A stretch of 64,000 nucleotides of DNA from the human T2T-CHM13v2.0 reference genome, Homo sapiens. The position numbers were made by a program, and so were the translations under genes. The stretch is taken from the NCBI RefSeq assembly GCF_009914755.1, contig NC_060931.1. One strand, given 5' to 3'. The notes beneath the pieces were generated by a model that did not search any database, was not told the origin of the DNA, and saw only the letters and a list, made by a program, of their open reading frames with translations. Positions 52,791 to 64,000 of this stretch are shown piece by piece (within the stretch, counting starts at the first letter, position 1; every line of letters begins with the position of its first letter).

Positions 52791-55700
52791 GACCATCTAT
52801 GAATTTAACTTACAGTTAGAAGGCATGAGAGTAGAGGATGAGGTTAGAATATCAACAGAGAGACCAAAGACAACAATTATTATTGAGCATCCACTAAGAT
52901 GGGCACTACCATACACTCTTCTACATTATTTCATTTAATCCTTGTAATGATTTAATTTTCCTGTGGGTTTGCATAGCACCTTTCTATCACAATGCTTTTT
53001 CATGATGTATTAAATTTGTCTGTCTATACCTATTTATATTCCCAACTATATTATAGGTATCATGAGGACTAGGACCCTGTGTCTTTTTTTAGGTGTTAAA
53101 ATCTCAACACACCGCATGATTTCTACAGCGCAGAATGCTCAATACCTTTCTGTTGAATGAATAAATAGATGCCTGAAAGAATGAGCAAGAAATTACTCTC
53201 GTTTTATAGATGAGAAAGTGAAGTCCTGTAGAAGTGAAAGAACTTGCCTAAACTCACACAGTAGTGATTTAAATCCACGCCCAACAGATTCCAAAGCCTG
53301 CGCTTTCGCACTGTACTTCAGGGGCATCACAAAAAAGATCAGTCTACTCAAAGCTAAATTAACTTTGAAGAAGTAAGAGGTAGGTTTAGTGAAGAAAATA
53401 AAACCATCAAGACTAATCCATTTACTCTTGAACAAAGACCTTTATTACACACATTGCTCCCATCCTTTGGTACATTCTTTTAAAGAGTCAAACAGTTTTT
53501 CAAAATCTGTGTTTAAAGTCTCATTTTTGATATTTGTTAAATGACAAGATGAATGACAGAAAGCTATCATAAAAAGAGTAGTGTGGATATAGATGAGACA
53601 CGCAGATTTAGGTACATGTTTCTTGAAGGAAGCTTTTGCATATGTTCCCAGACCCTGCCCCGACCCGAGTCTCTGGCGCATTCCTAATAAAAGAACTAAA
53701 TTATTTTGTAAGCTTTACAAATTTGTTATTCAATTAAACTCTTTTTCTGTCATATTAACAGGAAAATAATGTAAAATGTTAACTAGTTTGCTATATTTGA
53801 TTAGAAAGAGTAGAAAAGAAGAAAAGTTGTGTACTGCGCCCTGCTGTGCTGGGATCCTGAAAGGACCGTCATCAGCTAATGGAACATGGATTCCATGCAA
53901 AGAAGGAAAGCTGATGGTCTCAGTCCACGACCCCCGGGAAAGCTAAAAGAATAGTAAGGGGAGCCATGGGTGCTTCCACTTTGTGCTCTCACATCATGTT
54001 GCTTCCACCATTTGAAAACTAAAAGATTTGTTAAAATGTGTGATACAGGCATAAGTAAAATAGGTATTGAAATATAGGAAATAGTTGGCGAAGACTTTAC
54101 AGAATAAGCGGGATTAAAACTCGACCCTGCTATAAATAATCTGCTGTTATAACTATAGTAAAGTTATGAATATAAAAATAACATTTTACATCTGCAATGC
54201 AAAGTCACCAGAATGAATGTCTTGATTCTCTACGACACAGCTTACATTTGTCAACATGTCTTTCTCCCTTCTTAGATTAAATGATCCTAGAAGGCCAGGG
54301 TTGTGTTTCAATCATCTTTGTTTCCATGGCAGCATTTCTCATTGCCCCCTTTTCCAGGATGTGGATTCTAAATACTTTGGCTTTAAAAAAATTAGTCTCA
54401 GTAACTATGGATACTCTTCCATTTGATTTCCACCACCTGCCTGGTATACAGTTGATGCTCAGTACATAGTTGATGAAGAAATAAATCCATAATAATTAAA
54501 TGATGGATGATGGATACATTAATTGCCCTTCTTTAAAATACACAGGATGCAAAGCTCAGGGAGAAAAAGAGTAAGATGGGAAAGGAATCACTACCTGGGG
54601 GAAAAAAAAGCAAGTGAAGAATTATGGCAGATTCTGTGGGAAAGAAGACCATGAAAGATGATGACTAGACAGTAGTCAGTCAAAAGATCAAAGATAATAA
54701 AAATCAAAAAGGGAATATAATATATATAAACCTTCATAATTGCTCGGGAGCTAATTTATAAATATAAGCATAAACAATGTATTGTCATTAGCATATTGGG
54801 ATAATTAAAGATGTTATCGTTGATGGTCAGTAACATGCCATCAACAATGATAAAAGCTTAATATTGAACAAATAAAATATCCAGAAAAAAATAGCCTCAG
54901 AGAACTATACATTATTGTTACAAAATAGCATGTTACTTAAGCATTTCAGTAAAGAGAATTTGGCCATTGACTCACAGGAGACTGAATTTGTTTTTCTTTT
55001 AAGTATTAAAGAAATGAGCCCTATGTAGCAGCCTCATTTTCAAAGCCAGTCAAGGGAGGGTTGAGTGATATTATCTAGAATTTGGCATAACACAACTTCA
55101 CAACACAGCATTTCACTTTACATTATGCAGTAAGATAGCATCTCGTATTGTATAAATTGAATTCAGTTTCAGAAGATATAACCTGGTGAACCTGGGTTAT
55201 TGAACTGAGATTTCTTACTTTATCTTTGAATTTTCCAGCGTTAAAAAACATGGCATCATCAAATGCAAGAATAAACTTTTCTTAATACTTAGAATGGTTG
55301 TCGTGTACCAACAATAAAATGATACACATGTTATAGCTAAAGTTTGACAGTAGGCTAATAACTAATACTGGCAGACTGACCAGCTAGAATTCACTCTGTC
55401 ATAAGCTCAAGAAAAAACAAACCAGTTAAAATGAAGGCATTTTTTTGGTAAGCATTCTCTGACGAAAGTGATAATTTATCACTTAGGGTCATTTCTTGCG
55501 TTGGGTTTGTGTGGAACAACCAATAGTCTTCATATTTTCCTGTGGAGCTTTAGCTGAAATATAAATTAGAACATGGATAAGTTTAAGTATCTTTTGGCCC
55601 TTTAATAGCCTTGGGATGGAAATAGTTCTTAAGGTACTATGCATAAAGCTTTTTGTGTACACTTATGCATATCAAACCCTGATTCTTGACTTCATTTAAA

Positions 55701-57289
55701 TGAATAAGGAGAAAGGAACTAATATTCCAAGTAAGACTAGATATTACCATTTTGGACATTATAATGATTTTACTGGGCTGCAAATCAACATTACATTTTT
55801 TAAATGACGGTATAAATTTTGGTCCTAAGGCTTTGGCAATTTAAAACTGTTTTCTTTATTGTAATAAAATCTTACATTAAGTGGAGATAGGTAATTGTTA
55901 AGTGCAACTTTAAGGCATTGTAAGAGAATAATATGTTTATCGCTTTCAAGTCTATAAAATTATTGCAACTAACCAAGTGTTATCTAAGGAGATTCCTCTT
56001 CCAATGCATTGATAAAACTCTATAATCAATGAAAAGAGTCATTTCAGTATTCCTTGAACAATCGATCCTCTAAGAAGGGTTATGAGTTAGCTTTGGCACT
56101 AGGTGCAGGAGCTGTAAGAGCAAATAAGAGCCAGCAGGTTCTCCTTGAGTAGATTCACAGCCTGTGGTCAAAGGGGAAGCAGTAGACAGACAGGCAAACA
56201 GCCATCTCTAATGAAGTTGGCATAAATGATCACGGTGCTTGAGGAATTACATGAGGAAGGGATTCCTTTTGCCTGGGGCACTCCAGAGTCTTCACAGAGG
56301 AGGTAATGGGTGACATCTGAGCTGTGCTATGCAGAATGAGCTGGAGTTTAGATGTTAGAAAGGAAGGATAAAGTAACAAGTAATGAAATTTAAAATAAAG
56401 GAAACAACATGACCAGCATTAGCGGGGTGTGAAATGTTACTCTGGGAAATGGCAAAGAGTTGGATGGAACTAGGGCAGGTTCTAGTCACTGTTTCTCTCA
56501 CTGGGTTGAGAGAAAAGGGCAGTAACAGAAGATGAAATTGCAACATTAGGTTAGGCAACCATCCAAGTTGTGTATGTACAAAAGAGCACTTCCAAAATAT
56601 TTGAGAACAGTTTGTTACCTGAGGGAGAAAATACTGTTTTCAAGCTTTTAAACCTAAATTGTTTTATAAGACCTCCTATTTGGAGAAATATCACAAATGT
56701 GAACTGCAGCCGTATGTTTCTCTTGATGATTTATAAATTTCCAATTTTTGAAGCCTAAAATATAAACATATGAATGCTTCCGAAAGGTGGCTAACCACCA
56801 TCTCTACTCTCTGTCTTCCTTCAGAGACTGAAAGCCTTCTCAACAAATGGGAACCTTTTAATATTTCAATAATTTTATTCTGCAGGCAGAGGGAGACAGG
56901 GTTTAAAGGAAAAGTCACTGTTATCTGAAGTCAGGTGCCAGGTAGCTGTGTGACTTTGACAAAACCAGTTTTCTTCTTTGGGTCTTAGTTCCCTCACCCG
57001 TAAAATGAGAAAAGTTGTATTAGATAGTCTTTTAAGGTTCTTCTCTTTCTAGGTTTTGCACTTAGACATTTTAGGACTCTGATCTGTGTAAAGACCAATT
57101 TATATGTCCAAACAAATGACACTGGCCTTATATGTAATTCGGGTCAGCTGAATTTGACAAAAGATTCAATCCATTAGTGGAAGAAAATGGTGTCTGAAAT
57201 TATCCATATTCATTTATATTTCACAAGTATACAGATTTGCATTTAGAACATGATGAGAAATGGCAATTAAATTATCACAACATTAGAGG

Positions 57290-57750
57290 AACATTAGAGG
57301 TTTGGGTGAAGTAGAATGGAAGAACAGGAGAGTAAGTTCAGCTCTGCATATATTAACATTAAGATCCCATTAGTGGAAATGCCTAATAAACAGTTGGAAG
57401 TGTGATTCTGAAGCTCAAAAATATTTTACTCTGGAAACAAATTTGGGAGTCATTCTACAAGGGGTTACTGAGGCAATGGGAGTGAATGAGGAGATCTTGG
57501 GGAAAATGTGCAGTTTTGAAAGAGAAGGCAAGGGAGAAGAAAAAGAAGATGAGAGGTAGGAAAAACCAGAAGAGAATGTGCCGGGAGGCTCTTGGGCAAT
57601 GGTATTGGACATGGGGTCAATCCTGTCACATGCTACACACGGGCCAAGGAAGAGAAGGAATTTTTGGATGTTGCAATTCCAGAAGACGAAAGAAAATCTC
57701 CTATAACTGTTTCAGTGGAAAATGGGAAAACAAGATTGCAGAAGGCTGGG
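57290..57750 (-). mobile_element. L2 fragment
   Basis: agttcagct..gtggaaatgcctaata..cagttgga, aatttgggagtcat, atgggagtgaatgag, gtttcagtgga. Confidence 0.65.
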
Positions 57751-57819
57751 GACTTATTTTAATTTTTACTCAGAATCCATGTTGTATTTAGACATAATGA
57801 AGGATTGTCTGGCTATTAT

Positions 57820-58390
57820 AAATAGTAAATTCATAATGGCAGATTTTTAAGTTAATGGGAACATATTCCAGCCATCACAGATTTTTAGTAAAAAGCTACA
57901 TAAATAATAGCAAAATATTAACCAGAGGTGCAAATTTGAGCATCTGTTCCCTCAGTGTTTTACTTCTGAAGGCAGTTGATGTATGGAAATATTTATGTCC
58001 AAGAGTATTCACTGAAGCATCATTTTAGTAAGTTGGCAACGACATAAATGCCCGTAAATAAGGGAAAGGTTAGATTGAATATGATAAAATATGAATGACA
58101 TTGCACGAAATATTTAGTGGCATGGGGAAAAGAATAAGGTATAATATAGAAATATTTATTATTTTATAAAAAGAAAAGCAGAATATCAGACAGAATATCC
58201 AGAATTGACTAATTTTGTTTAACAAAAACATGAAAAAATACATATACAGAGAAAAGACTGGAAGGAAATGCACTAAATATAAGGGTAGTTGCTCTGAATA
58301 GTAATATTGTTGTTGGGCTTTATTTTATTCTTTGTACTTTATTTTTAAATTTCATATAAATATATATTATGCTTATTAGTAGGACAAAAT
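57820..58390 (+). mobile_element. L1ME 3' fragment
   Basis: tattcactgaagcatcattt, aaatgccc..aataagggaa.ggtta, gaaaagactggaaggaaatgcact. Confidence 0.6.
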
Positions 58391-60475
58391 TCAATAACTC
58401 CTAATTTTAAAAGACCAAGAGAGGGGACAATAGAAATAAAACATTAGATTTTTTTTTCCTTAACACACACATGCTGTTGTACACATACATGAGCGTGCAC
58501 ATGTGTGCATACACACACACACCCCTGCCCCCCTTCTTTTAGCTTAGAAGAGGTAGAAATATACTCTATTTGCTGGTATGGAAATGGGGCAGACCCAGCC
58601 CTATGCCTCCTGGGTTTGGTGAAAAAGTGACTTCAGAGCAAAAATAGGCTTGACAACTGTTTAAAACTAACCTTGTTTAAATATGCTTTTAATAGTACTC
58701 AAATGGAAAATACATGAAATAGGTAAATACTAGGAGTTGGTAAAATCTCTCTTCAGAAATTCCAACTGATAATTATTTCAGACATTTAAATAATGAGTTT
58801 TCAGTGATTCTATTATCTAAAAACTGTGTGCCCTGATTTAACCTAAGTGAGACAAGGATGGAGCTATACAATAATAGATTTCATAAAAAGGTCCAACTTA
58901 GCAAGTCATGAAACTACCTATCAGTCTTTCAAAAATTTCTTAATGCCTTTATTCATACACATCCAAGAATTATTTTAAGGTTTCATTTAAAGCCTGTGCC
59001 TTACCTTCCTTTATGTTCAGCTCATGATAAACAGGAATAAGATTAAGTTATATCTTCATAATTAATTGATTTGGTACTAAGCAGGAAATCTCAAGACCTA
59101 TAGAGTTGTATAAATTCTCATTGACCTTAATTACATCTAAATGAGCTACGCTGCACTGCTGTGTAGAGCACTGAGGTGGAGAGAAGGCATCAAAATAGGA
59201 CAGTCTCCAAAATTGGGTAGTGTATTCCAAAAGGTTTATAAAAAAGACAAAAATGAAATAAAGACATTATCCTAACTCTGAATACATAATATACTAAATA
59301 GAGAGATTTTAAGAACAATTCTGTCTATCTGTATGTATACACAAAATGCCTTTACATAATGCCCCCAGGTCAAAATAATAAGTCTAGGTTGATGGAAGGG
59401 AAATATTATATAATTTAGTATGAAATATATTTTCTCTGCTCCCATTTTCTGATCTGAAGGTATCAAGTGGAAAGAGGCATTTCTGGCAAGTGTCTCAAGC
59501 CATCCCCAAGCACCACCAGGCACCATTCAGAAGACATCCTCAGCTTCACACAGAAGAGCAAGTAGATTTGTCAGCAGTGGTGGTAATAGAGTAGATGGGG
59601 TTGGAGCCTATGAAGAAGTGGCGTCTTTTAAATGTCTGTAAGCAGATATTCTGTCAGACCTTGAACATGAACCACAGTTACTTTAAAAATGATCAAGTGA
59701 ATTTTAAATGCTGTTAGATTTAATATTTCAACATTTCATCTTTGCAGCTGGGACACAATTCAATCCTTTGTATGATGATGAGGCATTATAGTTCCAAGAT
59801 GGATAGAAATTTCTGGGAGGCAAATCTATTGGTGGAAGTGGGTGGGGTGACTCCCAGTTCCAGGGAGCAGAATGGAGAAGAATGGACTGTACAGGTTGGG
59901 TAAAAGTGAGCATGGATTTCGGCTGCCTGAGGCATGAACTGGCCAATGTGTGGTGACAGCGAAGGTCTGAAGCAACAACATCAAGGGAGTTGCTGACAAG
60001 GTATAACATGGTCTGAAATGAAGTGAATATGTTGGAACAATGAAGATTAGCTAGTGGAATTCCAAAGGAGGGATGCAAATGATTCCTACAGACAATGGTA
60101 TGATGAGATGCAGGTGCCATAGGATAGGTGAGTTAGGCAGTGATATGGCAAGCTAGGGCTGAGATAAAAAATGCAGAAGGTATTTATGATGAAAGAGGAA
60201 ATTGGTTTAGGTTTACATACTAAATAGGTACAATTTATGTTACATACATGATTGGAAAATAAATATTGAAAACTTAATTTAATAAAATGTGTTAGCACTA
60301 TATAAATTATTCATATGAAATGATTGTATTCCAGGGCCTATTACAGTCAAGTAAAATGTTTTATTCTCTGTAGGTTTCTTAAGTTATAGTAATTATAGTT
60401 CATGATGTTAAGTTCTAAAACACTTTTTTGCCTCCTAAATAATTTTAAACTTGTAAGAATCAAATGAAGTATAGT

Positions 60476-60866
60476 TGTAAACCATTGAATGTCTGTGTCC
60501 CTCCAAAATCCATGTGGAATCTTAATCCCCATTAAGAGGTTGGGGCCTTTTGGGAAGTGATTAAGTCATAAAGCCTCCACCTTTGTGAATGGAATACATG
60601 TGTTATAAAAGAGGCTTTGTAGAGCTGTCTGACTCTTTCATCTCTCCTGCCATGTGAGGTCACAGTATATGTTCCTTTTCCCCTTTATGCCAGGTGAGGA
60701 CATAGAAGGTGTGATTGATAAGAAACAGGCCTTCACCAGACACTGAATCTGCTGGCACCTTGATCTTGGACTTCACAGCCCCTAGAACTGTGAGAAATAA
60801 ATTTCTGCTGCTTAAAAACTACATAGTCTGAGAATTTTGTTATAATAGCATGAATGGACTAAGACA
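60476..60866 (+). mobile_element. MaLR solo LTR (MST/MLT1A-like)
   Basis: tgaatgtctgtgtccctccaaaat...caccagacactgaatctgctggcaccttgatcttggactt...agaaataaatttctg...ggactaagaca. Confidence 0.88.
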
Positions 60867-61682
60867 AGTGGTCACTGAAAGCCTCCAAATATATCCTCAC
60901 TTTTCTTGCAAATAAAGGATAAAATCCTAATAAAAGAAGATAACAAGATCAGGAAGTATAAATCCATTCTCTACTATTTCTGGTAAGTAACTAAATAAAG
61001 CTGCTTTGAGGAAGGGCCAGAGTGAAGATTTTGCTATCTATCATCTAATTTCTTGAATTACATATAACTGAAAGACTGTTATTTTATTTTGAAGCAAATT
61101 AAATAAAGACTCCTGAAGTGACCCATTCTTGCTACTGACAATCCATAAAATAAAACCATTTTCTAAAAAAAAAAAAAATATTCATTGCCTCTGCTCTGAG
61201 CTGTTCACTCATGATTGACGGGTGTGTGGGAGGCCGGGGGGAAGGAATTCACATTCACAGATCTCTCTGATAGCCTTCCCTGAGCTGCCTTTATCCCTGT
61301 CACCAAAAGTTTATCAATCACTCCCTCGTTAGTGCCACATCTACAATCTTTTACTTAGTAACTATAATACTTAATATTCTACAATATACTATTTATTTTC
61401 ATGTTTGTTTCCTATCCAAGACCATGAGTTATTTGAGAGCAAAAACTAAATCTTATTCATCCAATGTTTCCAACCTACTGCACAATACCTAGTACATGAA
61501 AAGTGTGCTTAATAAGTGCTGAGTCATTTACATGTATTATTTTGTTGAAACAATTATCCTGGGGGACAGATATTACTGTGCTTATTTTAATGATTAAGAA
61601 ATAGGATTCAATAGGTTGGATAAATTGTCTACAGCCACACGGACTTCAGTGGTAGAGTTTAGATTCAACACTTTCACATTTT

Positions 61683-62100
61683 ACCCATTCTAAGGTGAAT
61701 TTTTCTTTTCATACTTAAAAAGCTCTGAAATTAGGATGTGTCCCCATTGATGGCAAGTTTCAATCACCATCTTTCAGGTAACAGTTGTGATGTGGTTCTC
61801 ATTTTTGTGTATTTGAGGACCTGGTCATGGCTCTCCACATTGTTTTCACTCCATTTGAGTTAAGGGTATACTTGGAGTTGCACCTGATTGAGCTTAACTG
61901 TTGTTTATCATGTCTGCCAAGGGAGAATTGCTTGAGCCCAGGAGTTTGGGGTTGCAGTGAGCTATCATTGTGCCACTGCATTCCAGTCTGGGCGACAGAG
62001 TGAGAGCTCATCTCTAAAAATGCAGAAAAATATGGCAACAGAAAAGCAGAACATAACTGGATATTCGTGAAACAAATATTCACTATTGGAAGAATGGCTG
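61683..62100 (+). mobile_element. MER97-like Tigger element interrupted by an Alu fragment
   Basis: cattctaaggtgaattttt..ctctgaaattaggatgtgtc..attgatggc; after the Alu, gcagaaaaatatggcaacaga reads AEKYGNR, like a pogo transposase N-terminus. Confidence 0.55.
61921..62019 (+). mobile_element. Alu right-arm 3' fragment (J/FRAM-like)
   Basis: gggagaattgcttgagcccaggagtttggggttgcagtgagctat...ctcatctctaaaaa. Confidence 0.85.
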
Positions 62101-62315
62101 AAATTGTGTATTTTCTTGCTAAGCAATAACCATATGCATTTAGAACCTATCAAAGGAACATATACCCACAAATAGATAAGGCTGTGTTAACATTTTTTTG
62201 AGATCAGTTTGCAGGATACAAGGGCACTAGAAGGCAGGAAAGGTGAACATAGCAGGAAAACTCAGGGCATTGATGCTCTCAGCTGAAAGGAGAACAGTGG
62301 TAAGGGAGAACTACC

Positions 62316-62518
62316 AGCACAATTCAACAGAATCTTCTATGATGATGGAAATGCTATATAATCTATACTGTCCAATACAGTAGCTGCTAGCACATGTGGC
62401 TATTGAGCATGTGAAATATGGCCAGTGCAAATGAGAAAATGAATTTTAATTTCATTTTGGTTAACTTAAATGTAAATAGCCACATGTGCCTAGCAGCTGC
62501 TCTTTTGGACAGTACAGA
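62316..62518. mobile_element. MER3 hAT-Charlie MITE
   Basis: ttctatgatgatggaaatgct..tactgtccaatacagtagc..catgtggctattgagca...aaatagccacatgtg..ttggacagtacag. Confidence 0.82.
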
Positions 62519-63260
62519 ACTAGATAGTGCTATGAAAACCAATCTCCTTCTTTAGGGAAGCTGATGATTACTGTTTGATGGCAAAGTCAGTTTCAGTCTC
62601 ATCTGAAAAGGGCAAATATAGCCATTTCACAATGCTGTAGGGGGTTAATGAGATGCTATATGGAATGTGCTTAACATAAAGCCTCGTACATAGTAAATGA
62701 GAAGAAATGAAGGTAGTAGTAATAGTGAATATAGGAATAGTAATAGTTGTGATAAATATATTATTTTTGTCTTTGCTGACAAACAGCAATAAGGTCTGAA
62801 TATTGCAATAAGGAGGAGGTCAGCAAGAAATTGCCCCTGCCAAAATGATAATAAATTGCCTGGAAATTAGGAAGTTCATTATAGACAGTTAGGCTATACA
62901 TAAACTCAGTAAATATTGATCAACCTGAAAATTTCAGAAGGTGAATTACTGCATATGCAATGTTTCCAGGTATGTTTCTGCATTGTAAAAAATCCAAGTT
63001 CTAGTGTCTTGGCCCCTCATCTAATTCTTAAAAGAATTCCAGATTAGTCCTAGCATACTATAGTTCTCATAAGGATAGGATCTTTTTCACAAACTACAAA
63101 GAGGGGTATTTTGTTTGCCAAGAGGAACCTTGGACAAATACTAATAAGAAAGGATGTCCCTGCTGAGCTCATACTAAGGGCAAGCCTGCGTTTTATAACT
63201 GGTGTGTAGCCCTTCAGAGAATTTACCGGCCTATGTTAATTAGTTAATATGCACCGAGCT

Positions 63261-63279
63261 TGTGTGTGTGTGTGTGTGT
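63261..63279. repeat. (TG)n microsatellite
   Basis: Perfect short run. Confidence 0.9.
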
Positions 63280-64000
63280 AAGGAGACACAGGACTAATAA
63301 GGACAATGAAGACTGGGATGGGGTAACATCATAGCAACTCTACCCACCCAAATCTTTGATCAAGTTTAAAGAAACTAGGGAGAAATGAGTTAAGAAGAGA
63401 AGCTGAAAGAGCTGATTTGAGGAAAGATATCATTCCCTGAGACTGAGTCTGGGATTGAGCAGTGATTTTTTTTTTTTTTTTTAAGGGAAAGGGCCCAAGA
63501 GAGCTAAGCATTTTTTCAACCTTTGCAGAGAATCCAAGGCCACTTAAACATCTGGAAAACTGGCAGCCTTGGGATCAGTGAAAGGTAGCACCTTAAGCAT
63601 ATACGTTAGCAGTTTGATGTATACTATCAGAAAGGGCTGTGGTGAGGCTGCCTCAAGTAGAGGACATGGATAATGGGACACTCAAGTAGCACAGGAAGAA
63701 CTGAGTTGAACTTGCTTGGAGAGTAGCATTGAAGAACCACCCTGTTTATAGCATCCCAGAAACACTTGTTGGGGGTTGAGGTCCTCCTGATCAGATGAGT
63801 TCAGTGTAAGCAGGCATTAAAGTGACCTAATTTGTCCTCACAGGATAGTAATGCCAGAGGACATTGGGGTACACTAGCTGTTTTGTTACTTTGGAGTTCC
63901 TGTTATTATTCAAACCTTTTTGAGTTTCTATAGTTGTATGCCACAACGATTTAGGGTGGAGTTAGTCCAGGGTAGCATTGGCACCAATAAAGGGCTGTTT

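Noticed and set aside
59005-59097. Possible 93-nt minus-strand cryptic MAGI2 exon (strong AAG|GTAAGG donor)
   Set aside because: Weak polypyrimidine tract, contains stop codons, no homology support.

Overview
AT-rich, repeat-dense primate DNA, most likely human. The only well-supported coding sequence is a 58-nt minus-strand exon (13064-13121), missed by the ORF track, encoding (E)[18 protein letters not shown](D), the first half of the second WW domain of MAGI2. The rest of the window is therefore MAGI2 intron. Antisense to it (+ strand, ~2170-3356) is a processed RPL13A pseudogene, probably RPL13AP17 (locus name from memory). It copies the long-3'UTR mRNA, has a splice-acceptor-like site at its 5' edge, and keeps one reading frame through three net in-frame indels. 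The remainder is Alu, L1, L2, MIR, LTR and DNA-transposon relics plus microsatellites. Notable local structures are a twin-primed (5'-inverted) L1PA, a CACCTG/(TG)n compound minisatellite, short tandem duplications and several candidate enhancer motif clusters. I found no convincing novel multi-gene system. Most listed ORFs are repeat-derived or chance. Repeat subfamilies and edges were assigned by eye and are approximate.
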